Positions 1-11,215 of a stretch of DNA of 64,000 nucleotides are shown here, piece after piece. A program made the translations under genes and the position numbers. Numbering within the stretch: position 1 is the first letter of the stretch; each line of letters begins with the position of its first letter. The stretch spans positions 2,528,001 through 2,592,000 of the forward strand of contig OY759746.1 of NCBI GenBank assembly GCA_963662795.1. The letters are read 5' to 3'. The stretch comes from Spirochaetia bacterium (lineage in GTDB: Bacteria > Spirochaetota > Spirochaetia > CADAEX01). The notes below the pieces were generated by a model. The model was given only the letters and a program-made list of their open reading frames with translations. It was not told where the DNA came from and did not search any database.

Positions 1-474
1 CCCTCCAGGATTGCATTCATGGTTGCCAGCAAGACTGACTCAAGGATTATTATTGATTCTGTCGGTGCCGAAATGCTGCTGGGGAAAGGAGACATGCTTT
101 TTACATCAGCCTGGAACCCGTATCTGACAAGGATCCAGGGTGCATATCTGTCTGAAAGTGAAGCGGAAAAGGTTGTGGAAAAGGTGAGGGAATACGGCGC
201 GCCTGAATACATTGATGACGAGATATTTATCGATGATGATGAGGATGATCTGTCGGATTACGAAAATGATTACGGAGATGATCCGTTAATGGATAGAGCT
301 CTCGAAATAGTAGCGACCGCCGGTAAGGCTTCTGCTTCATATCTTCAGAGGAGACTGAAAATAGGGTATAACAGGGCAGCGCGGCTGGTCGAAGAGATGG
401 AGAGACGAGGCATTGTAGGCCCCCAGAACGGAAGCAAGCCGAGGGATATTCTTAATATTCCGGATAAGCTTTAA
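1..474 (+). CDS. ftsK: DNA translocase FtsK/SpoIIIE, C-terminal part (truncated at window start)
   Basis: Frame open from base 1 (PSRIAFMVASKTDSRIIID..GAEMLLGKGDML); gamma-domain motif SASYLQRRLKIGYNRAARLVEEME. Confidence 0.95.
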   Translation, partial: PSRIAFMVASKTDSRIIIDSVGAEMLLGKGDMLFTSAWNPYLTRIQGAYLSESEAEKVVEKVREYGAPEYIDDEIFIDDDEDDLSDYENDYGDDPLMDRALEIVATAGKASASYLQRRLKIGYNRAARLVEEMERRGIVGPQNGSKPRDILNIPDKL

Positions 475-490
475 GGATCAGGTTCGGGTT

Positions 491-1708
491 TTGAATAAAA
501 ATTTCAGTTTCAGGCTCAGGGCAATAACTTTTTTTCAGTATGTAGTAATATGCGGCGTTATACCGGTCATGAGTCTCTATCTCAAGGAAATCCCCGGCAT
601 CAGCGGCGTAAAAGTCGGAATCATACTTTCAATGTCAACCGCGGCAGGCATTCTCTCTCCGCTTATCTCTGTCTATATTGCAGACAGGTATATCAGCGCT
701 GAAAAACTTTTTTCTGTCTGCAATATTGCTGCTTCTATGCTTATGACGATGCTAAGGCAGCAGAGCGGTTTTCTGCCGATATTATTTATCTATCTTTTTC
801 TCATGATGTGTATTACCCCATCGACAGCGCTCATAAATATCATGGTTTTTAACTTTCTTAAAACAGAAGGGTTTAGGTTCGGCTCGATAAGGGTCTGGGG
901 AACACTCGGCTGGATATTTATGTCTCTTTTTTTCAGCTATGTGTGGCTGGGGGATATTTTTTTCATGGATTTGGAAAAATCAATCGGTGATATACTGTAT
1001 TTTTCTTCCGCCACCGCTCTTTTCCTCGGATTATTCAGTCTCACCATTCATTCAGAAAAAAAAGAATCAAAAAAGAGCAATGCGGGCCTTTCCCTGTTTG
1101 GAAAAGATCTTTCATCTCCCGACAGGAGGAGGCTTTACGTTTTTTTTATGATAAGTTTCTTTATGTCGATCGTTGATAAATACTATTATATGGGTCTTTC
1201 TCCATACCTGAGATATGCCGGAATCAGTGATAAATGGATTATGCCTGTCATCTCTTCAGGCAATATTTCGGAAATATTTTTAATGTTTTTTTTATTCAGG
1301 ATCCTTGTCAGGTTCGGATTTAAAAAAACACTGGCGGCAGGCGCTGCCGCTCATTGCCTGAGATTTTTTTTCTTTGCATTTTCAGACGGGATAATTCCTG
1401 TTTTGTCTGCAATCCTTATTCACGGCGTAACATTTGCCCTTTTCTCTGCTGCCGCATATATTTACCTGGACATGTACTGCAGCAGTAAAACCAGGACTTC
1501 GAACCATCTTGTTTACAGTTTTGTAATATCAGGCGCCGGAAACCTTGTCGGGAACCTTGCCGCCGGCAATGTCTTTGATATTTCTCTGTCAAATTTCGGA
1601 AGTTATTCATTTTTCTGGTTTATTCCCGCGATTGTCTCACTAATTTCGCTTTTTATGATTATAATATTTATAGATAACTCTAAACCGGTATTTCAGGAAA
1701 AAGGATAA
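491..1708 (+). CDS. MFS transporter, nucleoside:H+ symporter (NupG/YegT)-like
   Basis: ~12 hydrophobic segments; motifs IADRY.SAEK and FGSIRVWGTLGWI. Confidence 0.75.
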   Translation: MNKNFSFRLRAITFFQYVVICGVIPVMSLYLKEIPGISGVKVGIILSMSTAAGILSPLISVYIADRYISAEKLFSVCNIAASMLMTMLRQQSGFLPILFIYLFLMMCITPSTALINIMVFNFLKTEGFRFGSIRVWGTLGWIFMSLFFSYVWLGDIFFMDLEKSIGDILYFSSATALFLGLFSLTIHSEKKESKKSNAGLSLFGKDLSSPDRRRLYVFFMISFFMSIVDKYYYMGLSPYLRYAGISDKWIMPVISSGNISEIFLMFFLFRILVRFGFKKTLAAGAAAHCLRFFFFAFSDGIIPVLSAILIHGVTFALFSAAAYIYLDMYCSSKTRTSNHLVYSFVISGAGNLVGNLAAGNVFDISLSNFGSYSFFWFIPAIVSLISLFMIIIFIDNSKPVFQEKG

Positions 1709-4700
1709 ATGGCAGGTTATACTGCATACTACGGCAATTCCCTTAAAAAACTCTCTGCCCTTTATTCAGGCACTATCTTTAAAGTAAAACTTTTTGATAA
1801 TAATTCCATTGTAATTGTTCAGAACAGGAATATGGAAGAGTGGCTGAAATTCGGGATTGCTTCGGACAGAGGGCTGTGCAACGGGATTTCCTTTATGTTT
1901 CAGGAGCAGGCTGTCCGTTATGTTTTAAGCTTCTTTCCTGATCTTACCGTAGAACTTGAAAAAAAAAGCATCGTATATCTTGATGACCTCAAGATCATAA
2001 TATACAGAAAACTTGAGTCAATACTTTCCTCTATTGAAAAATATCCTGATTTCATCGGGCTGAAAAAATATATTGATGATTCAGCTGTTTCTTCAGACAG
2101 CGATAATGGTAAAGAGGATGTGTCAGACGATCCGGCTTTTATCAGGGGGGAAAGGCTCTTTTTCCTTTCAGACAGTATTGCGGGGCTGTTTTATCATTAT
2201 GGGCTTAACTGCGCAGAAATGACCGCCTCCTGGGGAAAGGGAAAGAGTTTCCTTGATAATTCTGAATACAGTTATCTTCTGGGACATGAAAAATGGCAGA
2301 TGGTTCTGTGGAACATGATATTTTCTGAAGGATCGCGGTATATTCATCCGGGACAGATTATAACCGGCATTCTTGAAAATAAATATGCAGTTCCTGAAAT
2401 AAACATGAATATCGCGATCTTCGGTTCTTCCTTTTTAAGCGAACAGTCAGTTTCTTTTTTCCAGTATCTCTCATCAGTCTGTAATGTTACTGTGGACCAT
2501 TTTATACTTTCTCCTTCTCCGTCATTCAGTACAAATGGAAAACCGGCTGATGCAGATGATTCGCCGGCTTCTCAAAGATGGAGCAGTCTTGTCACAGGAT
2601 TATCGCGGTTATTGTCAGATAAAAAAATTACTGTAAAAGAGTATTTTGATTGTCCTTCTTCATCTACCCTGCTTGGCAGTCTTAAAACAATGATTTTCAA
2701 CAATAAAATACATCCTGTTCCTGAATTTACGGCTGCCGACAACTCGCTTCAGATTATTTCGGCTCCCGGGAAAAAAAGGGAAATTGAAATATTGAAAAAC
2801 AGTATTTTAGGACTTGTTTCTTCAGAAAAAATCAAATTCCACGAAATAGGTGTTGCGGCGCCGGATATAAATGCTTATCTCCCGTATATTGAATCAATCT
2901 TTCCTTCATCGGATGACCTGCTAGATGTTCCGTATAACATTATGGATATCAGTTTTGCAATGCAGTCCCAGTATGTTAAAGGGTTCCTGTCCCTGACTGA
3001 ATTATGCGGAGCGAGGTTTACGAGGAAAGAACTTTTTACCCTTTTTTCCAATCCATGTTTTATGGAAAAATTTGAACTGGATGAAAAGGATATAGCAAAG
3101 TGGCTTGATATCTGCGGAGAACTTTCAATCAAATGGGGCCTTGATTCGGGCCACCGCAGGGATGCCCTTTCATACATTGATAAATCAGGAACATGGACGG
3201 CAGGGTTTGAAAGGGTCGCATCAGGTCTTGTCTTTGACGAGTCAGAGGGGGAAGTAGTTTTCTCCGATAAAGGGGCAGTCCTTCCTTACAGTCTGACTGA
3301 CAGTAATGAAGAAAAAAAAATCTCCCTGATGTTTGCAGTCTCCGAGTCGCTTTACCGTGATTTGTACCATATCAAAAAAAAGGAAATGGAACTTACCGGC
3401 TGGACATCTTTTTTTGAAACAATTATGGACAGATATCTGGAGCCTGTTCCCGGTTTTCAGCATGAAAAGGATAAAAGCTTTCTTAAAAATATTTTCCGGC
3501 AGATAAACAACCTGGCCGGCGGCAGGGAGAAGGAGGAAACAGAAAACCTCTTTCCTTTCCCGGTGTTTAAAGCTCTTCTTGACGGGTACTCGGATGCGGG
3601 AGGTTATTATAAGGGCCAGTATCTTTCTTCCGGAGTCTGTTTTTCCTCGATTAAACCCTTGAGGGCCATTCCATTCAGGGCAATATTTCTGATAGGCATG
3701 GATATCAATACTTTCCCCGGAAAAGACAATCCGCCGGGGTATGATCTGCGGAACCTGACAGAAAAAAGCATAGACCTTACAAAGCAGAATACTGATTCTT
3801 TTGCCTTTCTTGAAACAATAATTTCGGCAGAGGAAAAACTTGTAATATCTTATAACGGTACAGACCCGGTCACGGGAACTTCCGAGGACCCTTCCGTTCT
3901 GGTTACCGAAATAGAAGATATGACAGGTAAATATGCCGCTGAGCAGATAACTTCTGTGCATCCCCTTAAGTCTTACGACCCTGCCTGTTTTGACGGTTCC
4001 AACGGTAAAATATTATCATACGACAGCAGGAACTATCTTCCGGCTCTGTGTGTTTCCTCCGTAACATCAGGAGGTAAAAGAAATAATGTTTTCTATCCTG
4101 TATTTGTCAAAAAACAGATGGAAGGAGCGGTGCCGGACTGCAGCCCTGTTAAAGCAGGCACAGATATATTCAGTCTCCTGCAGTTTCTGAAAACGCCGCT
4201 GAGTCATTACAGCAGGACAATAATGGGCCTTTCTTCCAATCCATTAAGCCTCCCTGAAAACGATATAACTGAAACAATTGGAATTCCATGGCATGAACAG
4301 TTTAATATTACGGATGAGATATCAAAAATTTCAAAACAACAGTCTTTTGATGATTTTATCGAATCAGCATTGAAAGCGAGAATCCTTGACAGCAGGGCCG
4401 GCAATATTCCTGCAACCAGGGTTGAATATGATCTGTTAAAAAAAGACACTTTGAACTTTTATAAAAATCTTGAAAAATCAGGTTATTTCAGTCTTGGAAA
4501 AGTTAAGGTAACTATCGGCCGGGGCAGTTATGTTGAAAAGAATGATGAAATAGTTTCTCTCTCTTTTCCGGCAGTTGTTTTTGAAGGGGAAAAAGGTGTT
4601 CTTGAAATATCAGGAAATCTTCCTGAGCTCAGATGCAGCGGAAGTGATTATTTTTCAGTAGTAAACGGTAAATTCAAATTAAAAAACATTGCAGGCCATT

Positions 4701-5086
4701 TATTGAATTACCTGCTGCTTTCAAAGATAAACGGGAAAAACTCAGCAGTTACTTATTCTGTTTTTGATCTGAACGGGAACAGGAAAGGGGTATTTTCCTC
4801 CGGAAATGTGGCCGCCGGCATTGCGGAAAGTGCAGTTGCGGACGCATTTATTTCTGCATCTGTTAATCCCTGGGTTGTTGATCCAGATTGTATCGAAAAC
4901 GGGATAAAATGCTATAAAAACGGCGGTAATACTGATGATGTTATAATCTCCATGAAGCAGTATTATGAGAATAACAGTTTCAGCGACATGAAATACCTTA
5001 AAGGTTTTGATAATGTCTCTCCATGGTTTGATGATGTGTATTTCAGAAAGCTGCTTGAGAATTTCTATTCTCATCTGGTGTTTTAA
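1709..5086 (+). CDS. recC: Exodeoxyribonuclease V gamma subunit
   Basis: IVQNRNMEEWLK, REIEILK, APDINAY, IKWGLD, PLRAIPFRAIFLIGM motifs; first gene of recC-recB-recD. Confidence 0.88.
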   Translation: MAGYTAYYGNSLKKLSALYSGTIFKVKLFDNNSIVIVQNRNMEEWLKFGIASDRGLCNGISFMFQEQAVRYVLSFFPDLTVELEKKSIVYLDDLKIIIYRKLESILSSIEKYPDFIGLKKYIDDSAVSSDSDNGKEDVSDDPAFIRGERLFFLSDSIAGLFYHYGLNCAEMTASWGKGKSFLDNSEYSYLLGHEKWQMVLWNMIFSEGSRYIHPGQIITGILENKYAVPEINMNIAIFGSSFLSEQSVSFFQYLSSVCNVTVDHFILSPSPSFSTNGKPADADDSPASQRWSSLVTGLSRLLSDKKITVKEYFDCPSSSTLLGSLKTMIFNNKIHPVPEFTAADNSLQIISAPGKKREIEILKNSILGLVSSEKIKFHEIGVAAPDINAYLPYIESIFPSSDDLLDVPYNIMDISFAMQSQYVKGFLSLTELCGARFTRKELFTLFSNPCFMEKFELDEKDIAKWLDICGELSIKWGLDSGHRRDALSYIDKSGTWTAGFERVASGLVFDESEGEVVFSDKGAVLPYSLTDSNEEKKISLMFAVSESLYRDLYHIKKKEMELTGWTSFFETIMDRYLEPVPGFQHEKDKSFLKNIFRQINNLAGGREKEETENLFPFPVFKALLDGYSDAGGYYKGQYLSSGVCFSSIKPLRAIPFRAIFLIGMDINTFPGKDNPPGYDLRNLTEKSIDLTKQNTDSFAFLETIISAEEKLVISYNGTDPVTGTSEDPSVLVTEIEDMTGKYAAEQITSVHPLKSYDPACFDGSNGKILSYDSRNYLPALCVSSVTSGGKRNNVFYPVFVKKQMEGAVPDCSPVKAGTDIFSLLQFLKTPLSHYSRTIMGLSSNPLSLPENDITETIGIPWHEQFNITDEISKISKQQSFDDFIESALKARILDSRAGNIPATRVEYDLLKKDTLNFYKNLEKSGYFSLGKVKVTIGRGSYVEKNDEIVSLSFPAVVFEGEKGVLEISGNLPELRCSGSDYFSVVNGKFKLKNIAGHLLNYLLLSKINGKNSAVTYSVFDLNGNRKGVFSSGNVAAGIAESAVADAFISASVNPWVVDPDCIENGIKCYKNGGNTDDVIISMKQYYENNSFSDMKYLKGFDNVSPWFDDVYFRKLLENFYSHLVF

Positions 5087-5134
5087 ATAAATGCGGTATC
5101 TGTAAGTATCAGGATGCGGCATTAAAAGGAAAGT

Positions 5135-8100
5135 ATGGAAGAACTCGAAATATCAAAAGTCAACCTGGACCGGAACATGGTTATTGAAGCATCTGCCGGC
5201 ACGGGAAAAACCTACAGCCTGGAACATCTAGTTATCCGCTATATAGCTGAAAAAGGGTATGACATATCTGAAATACTTGCCGTAACATTTACTGAAAAAG
5301 CCGCACTTGAACTTAAAAGCAGGATCAGGGCTCTTCTTCGTGAAACAATCAATGAGAGCAGTAATTTGTACAGTAAAAGAGAAACGGAAAGGCTCAGGAA
5401 AGCCTTTACAGGATTCAGCGATGCCCAGATATTTACAATACATGCTTTCTGCCAGTCCTGCATAAAGAATTATCCTTTTGAGAGCAAGGCGGCTTTCAGA
5501 ACTGCAATAATGGATTCAAAAGATCTCTACAGGGAAACTGTTCTTGATTATTTCAGGACTGCGGAAGACGACCTTGACAGCTGTTACCAGAGTTTCAGAA
5601 AAAACAATAAAGAATTTGAAGATGCGGCAGATTTTTTTATTTCACTTCTGGAAAACCCGTCTGTGCTGGAAGCGGAAGAAAATACTGTTATTCCCGGAAA
5701 GGAAGATGTTGAAAGACTTGAAGAAAATATTTTTATGTTCAATAACTCATCCGGTCCGGTTTATCAGGCTGTCAGGGCTCTTTATGAGTGCAGTTTCGAC
5801 TCCGGGACTGTTGAAAATATTTCAAAAACCGTAAAACTCGGGTTCAGGGACAGTACTTTTGAAAAACTTTCAGCACTGCTGCGTCTTGTAGCCTCATCGC
5901 AAAGTCTTTATGAAATATTTTCAGATGATTTTACTGCAGACGCAGGAAAACTCAGGAAACTGACAATCGAATTTATCAGGGGCAGGGGATTTGATCCGGA
6001 AAGTCTTGATAATAAAAGTTTTCAGCTGGTAAAGGCTGTTTCTGATTTTTTTAACGCTGTTGACATGTTTGCGGACCGGGATGAAAGCGGTTCTGTTATT
6101 AATTATCTATATCATAATATTGCTGGTTTCACTTTCATTAAAAAGGCATCGGAAAAAATCAGCTCTATCGCGGAAAGGAAAAAAAAGAGCGCATCCCTTC
6201 TTGATTTCAATGATCTTATCAGGATAACACGGGACTCTGTCAGTAATCCTGATTCATCACTGAATGCTGAGCTGATGCGGAAATACAAAGTAGTTCTAGT
6301 TGATGAATTTCAGGATACGGACCTTGCGCAGTGGGAGATATTCAGCAGAATTTTTAATCAAAAATCCCATGTAATGATTCTGATAGGAGATCCCAAGCAG
6401 TCTATTTACCGCTTCAGGGGCGCAGATCTTGAAATTTATTTCAGGGCAGTTGAATCGCTTTCGCCTGTCTCCAGGTGCCGGCTTGCGACATGCTACAGAT
6501 CTCCTGAGAGCGTGGTCAGCGGGATTAACGATATATTCAGCAGGGTTTTTTCATATACTTCCGGCGGGGGTCACAGGATTAATTATGCTGATGTGAAAAG
6601 CGCGCCTGCCAGTCAGGCGGAAACTGATAAGATAACTGGCAATGAGGAATCAGCCCCGGTTATTGAAACCGGAATAGAAATACTTGGGCTGGAAAACAAC
6701 AGCGATAACAGTTCAAAGGGAAAAATATCAGTAATAATTGAGAATATTTATGCTGATGAAATTGCATCCCTTCTTTTAAATGGTGTTTCCCCATCTGATA
6801 TATGTGTTCTCATGGAAGCCAACAGCGACTGCATATCAATGCTTGATGCATTGAAAGAGAGGAACATTCCTTCAGTCTACGAGGGTGATATAAATCTTTT
6901 TGATTCTGCGGAATCCGCCCAGTTTGCAGATTTTTTATACGCGCTTTCACAGCCTGCCTCTATTCCTGTACTTAAAAAAGCCCTTTTTTCCGATTTTTTC
7001 CGGTTTTCAGCAGAAGACATCCTCAGAATTGAAAAAGACAACAGCATTGAAAGGGTTATAACAATCTTTTCACTCTGGAGCGCCAAAACTGCATCAGGGC
7101 ATCTTTATGAAGTATTCGACACTGTCTTTTACAGTGAAAATCCGTTTGCCGGAATTGCAGAGTTAAATCAAACCGACAGGGTTCCATATATTGCAAGAAA
7201 GCTGGCTGAACCCGGAGGCGAAAGAAAGGTTTCAAATATTCTTCAGATAGCGGAACTATTGACTGTAAAAAACATTCAGGAGAAAGAAAACGCCGCTGCG
7301 ATATTGCGTTATCTGATTTCTGTTATTGAAGGTTCGCAGCAGAGCGATCAGAAGAATATAAGGCTTGCCCATGACAGGAGCTGTGTAAATGTGATGACAA
7401 TACACAAAAGCAAAGGGCTTGAGTTCCCTGTCGTTTTTTTTGCCGGGGGTCTAAGTACTTCAAAGCCCGCGCCGCACAGGGAATCCTGGTATGAATATAT
7501 TGAAAACGGCCGAAGATATGCTGATTTTACCAGAAAAAACGAAAACAGGTTAAAACAATTCAGGGAAATGTGGGAAGAGAAAAAAAGACTCTATTATGTT
7601 GCAATGACACGTGCTTCAAAAAAACTGTATCTCCCATTAATCAAAAACGGAGCTCCTGGAAACCTGAGCAGTTTTTACGCATCACTTGTTTATGAAAATT
7701 TGTGCAGCGGACTTGAAGAAGGAGGTATTGCAATTTCACTGCCTCTCGATATCAGACCGGAACATATTCCAAAAAAGATGAAAATGGAAGAAGCGAAAAC
7801 CATTGTCTCTGAAAAAATATATACACTGATAAAAAATTTCTCCGAACAAAGGAAATATATTAAATTCAGATCCTTTGATGTCGAATCTTCTGAATTTGAA
7901 AAAACTCCTCCAGTCTGTTTTTTGCCTGTTAAACAAAAAAATGCGGGCAGGCTGCACCTTGCTAAACCTGATTATGATAAAAAAACAGCAGGGAGAGGAA
8001 TACCGCTTTACAGTTACTCCAGTCTGTCAAGAACCGGGACAGCGGGTTCTGCATCTGAGTCTGAGCAGCAGCATAACCGGATTAAGCATCTGGAGATGAA

Positions 8101-8887
8101 AGAGGAAAAAACAGATGATGAAAAAGAGACTATTGAAATTGAAGGAATCAAGGGGATAAAGGGAGCAGACTTCGGCAATATCATGCATAAAATTCTTGAA
8201 ACTTCCGATTACGCAAAAACCCTTTCTTTAGGAAGTGAGGATGCTGCTGCCGGGGATCAGGAACTGATTGACCTTGCTGTTTCATCCGCGAGAAATTATG
8301 TCTCATCATCTCTTGCTGAAGTTTGCAGTAAGTCAGTTGTCCGGCTTTTGTACAGGACATTAAACTGCACTATTTATCCAAACGGTGTTCCTGTAAAGAT
8401 CGGCGAAATCAGTGAAGCCGACAGGAGGCATGAGGTTGAATTTTTAATAAAGGTAAAAGAAGGTCATATTGCTGACATACCTGATATGCCGGATATTTTG
8501 CTTGAGGACGGCTATCTTAAAGGATTTATTGATCTTATTTTCCGTTTTAATAATGCATATTATATTATTGACTGGAAAACAAACTATCTTGGCGCATCTC
8601 TTGCCGATTATGAAAAAGCAAGCCTTGAAAGTGCCATGAGGCAAAACAATTATATGCTACAGATGAATCTTTATATGGCTGCACTTGAGATGATAATTGA
8701 ATCGGAAAACTCAGCCTCCTCTCCTGCCGCAGGAGGATGTTATTATCTTTTTTTAAGGGGCCTTTCTGCAGCACCAGATGAAGATTCAGCAAAAAATATC
8801 CATCCCGGCATCTACTTTTCTCCTTTTGAAAGAGAAAAAACGCTCAGACTTAAAAGAATACTGACCGGGAAAGGAGTTTCGGCTTGA
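5135..8887 (+). CDS. recB: Exodeoxyribonuclease V beta subunit (UvrD-type helicase plus nuclease)
   Basis: IEASAGTGKT, VTFTEKAA, LVDEFQDTD, GDPKQSIYRFRGAD, TIHKSKGLEFP, YVAMTRA; C-terminal nuclease GFIDL..IIDWKTN. Confidence 0.93.
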   Translation: MEELEISKVNLDRNMVIEASAGTGKTYSLEHLVIRYIAEKGYDISEILAVTFTEKAALELKSRIRALLRETINESSNLYSKRETERLRKAFTGFSDAQIFTIHAFCQSCIKNYPFESKAAFRTAIMDSKDLYRETVLDYFRTAEDDLDSCYQSFRKNNKEFEDAADFFISLLENPSVLEAEENTVIPGKEDVERLEENIFMFNNSSGPVYQAVRALYECSFDSGTVENISKTVKLGFRDSTFEKLSALLRLVASSQSLYEIFSDDFTADAGKLRKLTIEFIRGRGFDPESLDNKSFQLVKAVSDFFNAVDMFADRDESGSVINYLYHNIAGFTFIKKASEKISSIAERKKKSASLLDFNDLIRITRDSVSNPDSSLNAELMRKYKVVLVDEFQDTDLAQWEIFSRIFNQKSHVMILIGDPKQSIYRFRGADLEIYFRAVESLSPVSRCRLATCYRSPESVVSGINDIFSRVFSYTSGGGHRINYADVKSAPASQAETDKITGNEESAPVIETGIEILGLENNSDNSSKGKISVIIENIYADEIASLLLNGVSPSDICVLMEANSDCISMLDALKERNIPSVYEGDINLFDSAESAQFADFLYALSQPASIPVLKKALFSDFFRFSAEDILRIEKDNSIERVITIFSLWSAKTASGHLYEVFDTVFYSENPFAGIAELNQTDRVPYIARKLAEPGGERKVSNILQIAELLTVKNIQEKENAAAILRYLISVIEGSQQSDQKNIRLAHDRSCVNVMTIHKSKGLEFPVVFFAGGLSTSKPAPHRESWYEYIENGRRYADFTRKNENRLKQFREMWEEKKRLYYVAMTRASKKLYLPLIKNGAPGNLSSFYASLVYENLCSGLEEGGIAISLPLDIRPEHIPKKMKMEEAKTIVSEKIYTLIKNFSEQRKYIKFRSFDVESSEFEKTPPVCFLPVKQKNAGRLHLAKPDYDKKTAGRGIPLYSYSSLSRTGTAGSASESEQQHNRIKHLEMKEEKTDDEKETIEIEGIKGIKGADFGNIMHKILETSDYAKTLSLGSEDAAAGDQELIDLAVSSARNYVSSSLAEVCSKSVVRLLYRTLNCTIYPNGVPVKIGEISEADRRHEVEFLIKVKEGHIADIPDMPDILLEDGYLKGFIDLIFRFNNAYYIIDWKTNYLGASLADYEKASLESAMRQNNYMLQMNLYMAALEMIIESENSASSPAAGGCYYLFLRGLSAAPDEDSAKNIHPGIYFSPFEREKTLRLKRILTGKGVSA

Positions 8888-10701
8888 AAGCAGATCCCTT
8901 TTATAATAAATATCTCGACAGCGGAATAGATTCAAGATATCCGATTCTTGCGAGGTTTTTATGCGGCAAATACGGTTTACAGGATAACAGCTCCCTTTTT
9001 TATTTTTTAAGTGCAGTATTCTTATTACTTGAAAGAGGACATTTGAGATTAAATATTGATACTGTAAAGGAAGAGCTTGAAAAACTTAAATTTACAGCAT
9101 CGGATAAGGAAAGGGAGGCGCTTGAATTATTGATTAATTCAATTGATGATCCTCGCCGGATAATCAGGGAAAACATTTCTCTTTTTATTTCAGATAAAGA
9201 GTCAGACCGTGGAGTAAGATCTCCGTTTGTCCTGCTTGAAAATGGCAGCTTTCTTTCAACAGAGAAGCTGTACCGTGAAGAAAAAAGATTTATTACTGCT
9301 TTTAAAAAGCATCTGATGCCGGAAAAAGCATCTGAAATAAAAAGCGGTTCCAAAAAAGAAAAGGGAATTTATTCTGTAATAGCATCAATAGAGAACAGAA
9401 CTCAGATAATTTTTGAGGAAAAACAGAAACAGGCAATTTTAAAAACATTTGAATGGCCCCTCTCTGTTATTGCAGGGGGTCCGGGAACAGGCAAGACCAC
9501 TGTAATAACAGCTGTGATTGAAGCCCATCTTTCCATAGATCCTTCTATCTCCGGACTTATTGCTCTTGCCGCACCCACCGGAAGGGCCGCTCAGAGACTT
9601 GAGGTCGCTCTCGGCAGTAATCCGGCATACAGTGTAATGGAAAAACCAAAAACCATGCACAGACTTTTAGGGATAGGATATAAAAAGAAATCTGCTGTCC
9701 GCCAGGCAATCCTCCCGTACCATCTTATTGTTATTGATGAATCTTCCATGCTTGATCTTGGAATAATGAATATCCTTTTATCCTCGCTCAGGGAGAACTG
9801 CAGGCTTGTTCTTGTCGGAGATCCTCAGCAACTGCCGTCAGTCGGCGCAGGAACTGTTTTTTCAGATATTATGGAAAGTGTGGATGATGAAAGGCATATT
9901 CTTCATGAAAGGTATATCAGGCTTGATACGGTAAAAAGATCCAAAGGAGAGATACCGGTTTTCGCGGAAAATATAAGACAGGGTAAGTTAATCCTGCCTG
10001 AGGAAAAGAGCAGCTTAAAAGATGACGCCTTCGGGAATGCCGAAGGCAAAGAGGCAGGCAGCGCTGTTTTTTTGATGCGGCCGGAACTCGACACTGTCCT
10101 TAACCTGGCCGCTCTTAAATACAAAAAGTTAAGAGAATATGCAGAACAGGATGACATTGCCTTATTGCCTGATTTTCTATCGCAGTTTGTTCTCCTCTCA
10201 CCGCATAACTACGGGCAGTGGGGCACTGATAATCTTAACAAAAAAATATCGGAAAGACTTTCTGCAGGGGAGAGGGGATTTTATCCGGGAATGCCGGTGA
10301 TGATTTTGCGCAACGATTACCAGAATGATCTCTATAACGGTGACAGGGGTATTATAATATTTGAAAATTCAATATTTCATGCAATTTTCCGGGATAACCA
10401 CGGCCGGATCCGAAAGGTTCCCGCAGCCATGCTTAAAGATTGGGAAGTCTCCTATGCCCAGACAATACATAAAAGCCAGGGGAATGAATATGATACTGCA
10501 GCTGTAATTCTGGATAAATCAGCAGAAAAAATGCTTACAAATGAAATTCTCTATACAGCTGTTACAAGGGCGAAAAAAGAAGTTTTGATATTCGGGGAAA
10601 AAGAAATTATTGAAGCTGCATTAAAGAAAAAAGTAGTGCGATGCTCAGGAATAGACAGGTCGATGATCAAAAGCACCACCGGCCTGCCTGAAGGAAAATA
10701 A
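8884..10701 (+). CDS. recD: Exodeoxyribonuclease V alpha subunit (SF1B helicase)
   Basis: GGPGTGKTT, APTGRAA, DESSM, VGDPQQLPSV, TIHKSQG, YTAVTRA; overlaps recB stop. Confidence 0.92.
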   Translation: MKADPFYNKYLDSGIDSRYPILARFLCGKYGLQDNSSLFYFLSAVFLLLERGHLRLNIDTVKEELEKLKFTASDKEREALELLINSIDDPRRIIRENISLFISDKESDRGVRSPFVLLENGSFLSTEKLYREEKRFITAFKKHLMPEKASEIKSGSKKEKGIYSVIASIENRTQIIFEEKQKQAILKTFEWPLSVIAGGPGTGKTTVITAVIEAHLSIDPSISGLIALAAPTGRAAQRLEVALGSNPAYSVMEKPKTMHRLLGIGYKKKSAVRQAILPYHLIVIDESSMLDLGIMNILLSSLRENCRLVLVGDPQQLPSVGAGTVFSDIMESVDDERHILHERYIRLDTVKRSKGEIPVFAENIRQGKLILPEEKSSLKDDAFGNAEGKEAGSAVFLMRPELDTVLNLAALKYKKLREYAEQDDIALLPDFLSQFVLLSPHNYGQWGTDNLNKKISERLSAGERGFYPGMPVMILRNDYQNDLYNGDRGIIIFENSIFHAIFRDNHGRIRKVPAAMLKDWEVSYAQTIHKSQGNEYDTAAVILDKSAEKMLTNEILYTAVTRAKKEVLIFGEKEIIEAALKKKVVRCSGIDRSMIKSTTGLPEGK

Positions 10702-10709
10702 CCGGAAAA

Positions 10710-11213
10710 TTATGATGTGCTTTCGTCGCCTCTTGCAATCAGTGTCTTTCCGGTTCTTACTACTTCAAGAATCCCGTAAGGTTCAAAAGTTTTTTTAACG
10801 GCATCAATTTTTTCAGATGATCCCGTAACCTCAAAAGCTACTGTTTTGTCGGCAATATCAACTGTAGCGCCCTTGAATGCAGTGATCAGCTGAAAAACAT
10901 CTGCCCTTTTTTCAGAATCACAGAATACTTTAAGCAGGGCAAGTTCCCTCTCAATTGTATTTTTACCGGTATTATCAGTTGCGTGCACAACGTCGACAAG
11001 CTTATTTAACTGTTTGATTATCTGATCAAGAGTTTTGTTGTCTCCTGTCGCTGCTATTGTCATCCTTGAGAATTCGGGGACATTGCCTTCAGATACAACA
11101 AGGCTGTCTATATTGAAACCTCTCCGCGCAAACACAAGAGCAATTCTGATAAGTACGCCGGGTTTGTTGTTTACAAGAAGGCTTATGGAATGTTTTCTAA
11201 TTTCTTCGGTCAT
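10710..11213 (-). CDS. ilvN: Acetolactate synthase small (regulatory) subunit
   Basis: ACT motif VNNKPGVL.RI..VFARRGFNIDSL; QIIKQLNKLVDV; EVVRTG. Confidence 0.95.
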   Translation of the reverse strand: MTEEIRKHSISLLVNNKPGVLIRIALVFARRGFNIDSLVVSEGNVPEFSRMTIAATGDNKTLDQIIKQLNKLVDVVHATDNTGKNTIERELALLKVFCDSEKRADVFQLITAFKGATVDIADKTVAFEVTGSSEKIDAVKKTFEPYGILEVVRTGKTLIARGDESTS

Positions 11214-11215
11214 GA

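Noticed and set aside
3242-3961. 239-aa antisense ORF in recC, and the many other short nested ORFs in the track
   Set aside because: Fully nested in conserved genes, with no protein-like motifs
5980-5990. GGGCAGGG KOPS-like octamer (also near 16852)
   Set aside because: Isolated matches encoding Arg-Gly-Arg-Gly; too few to show strand bias
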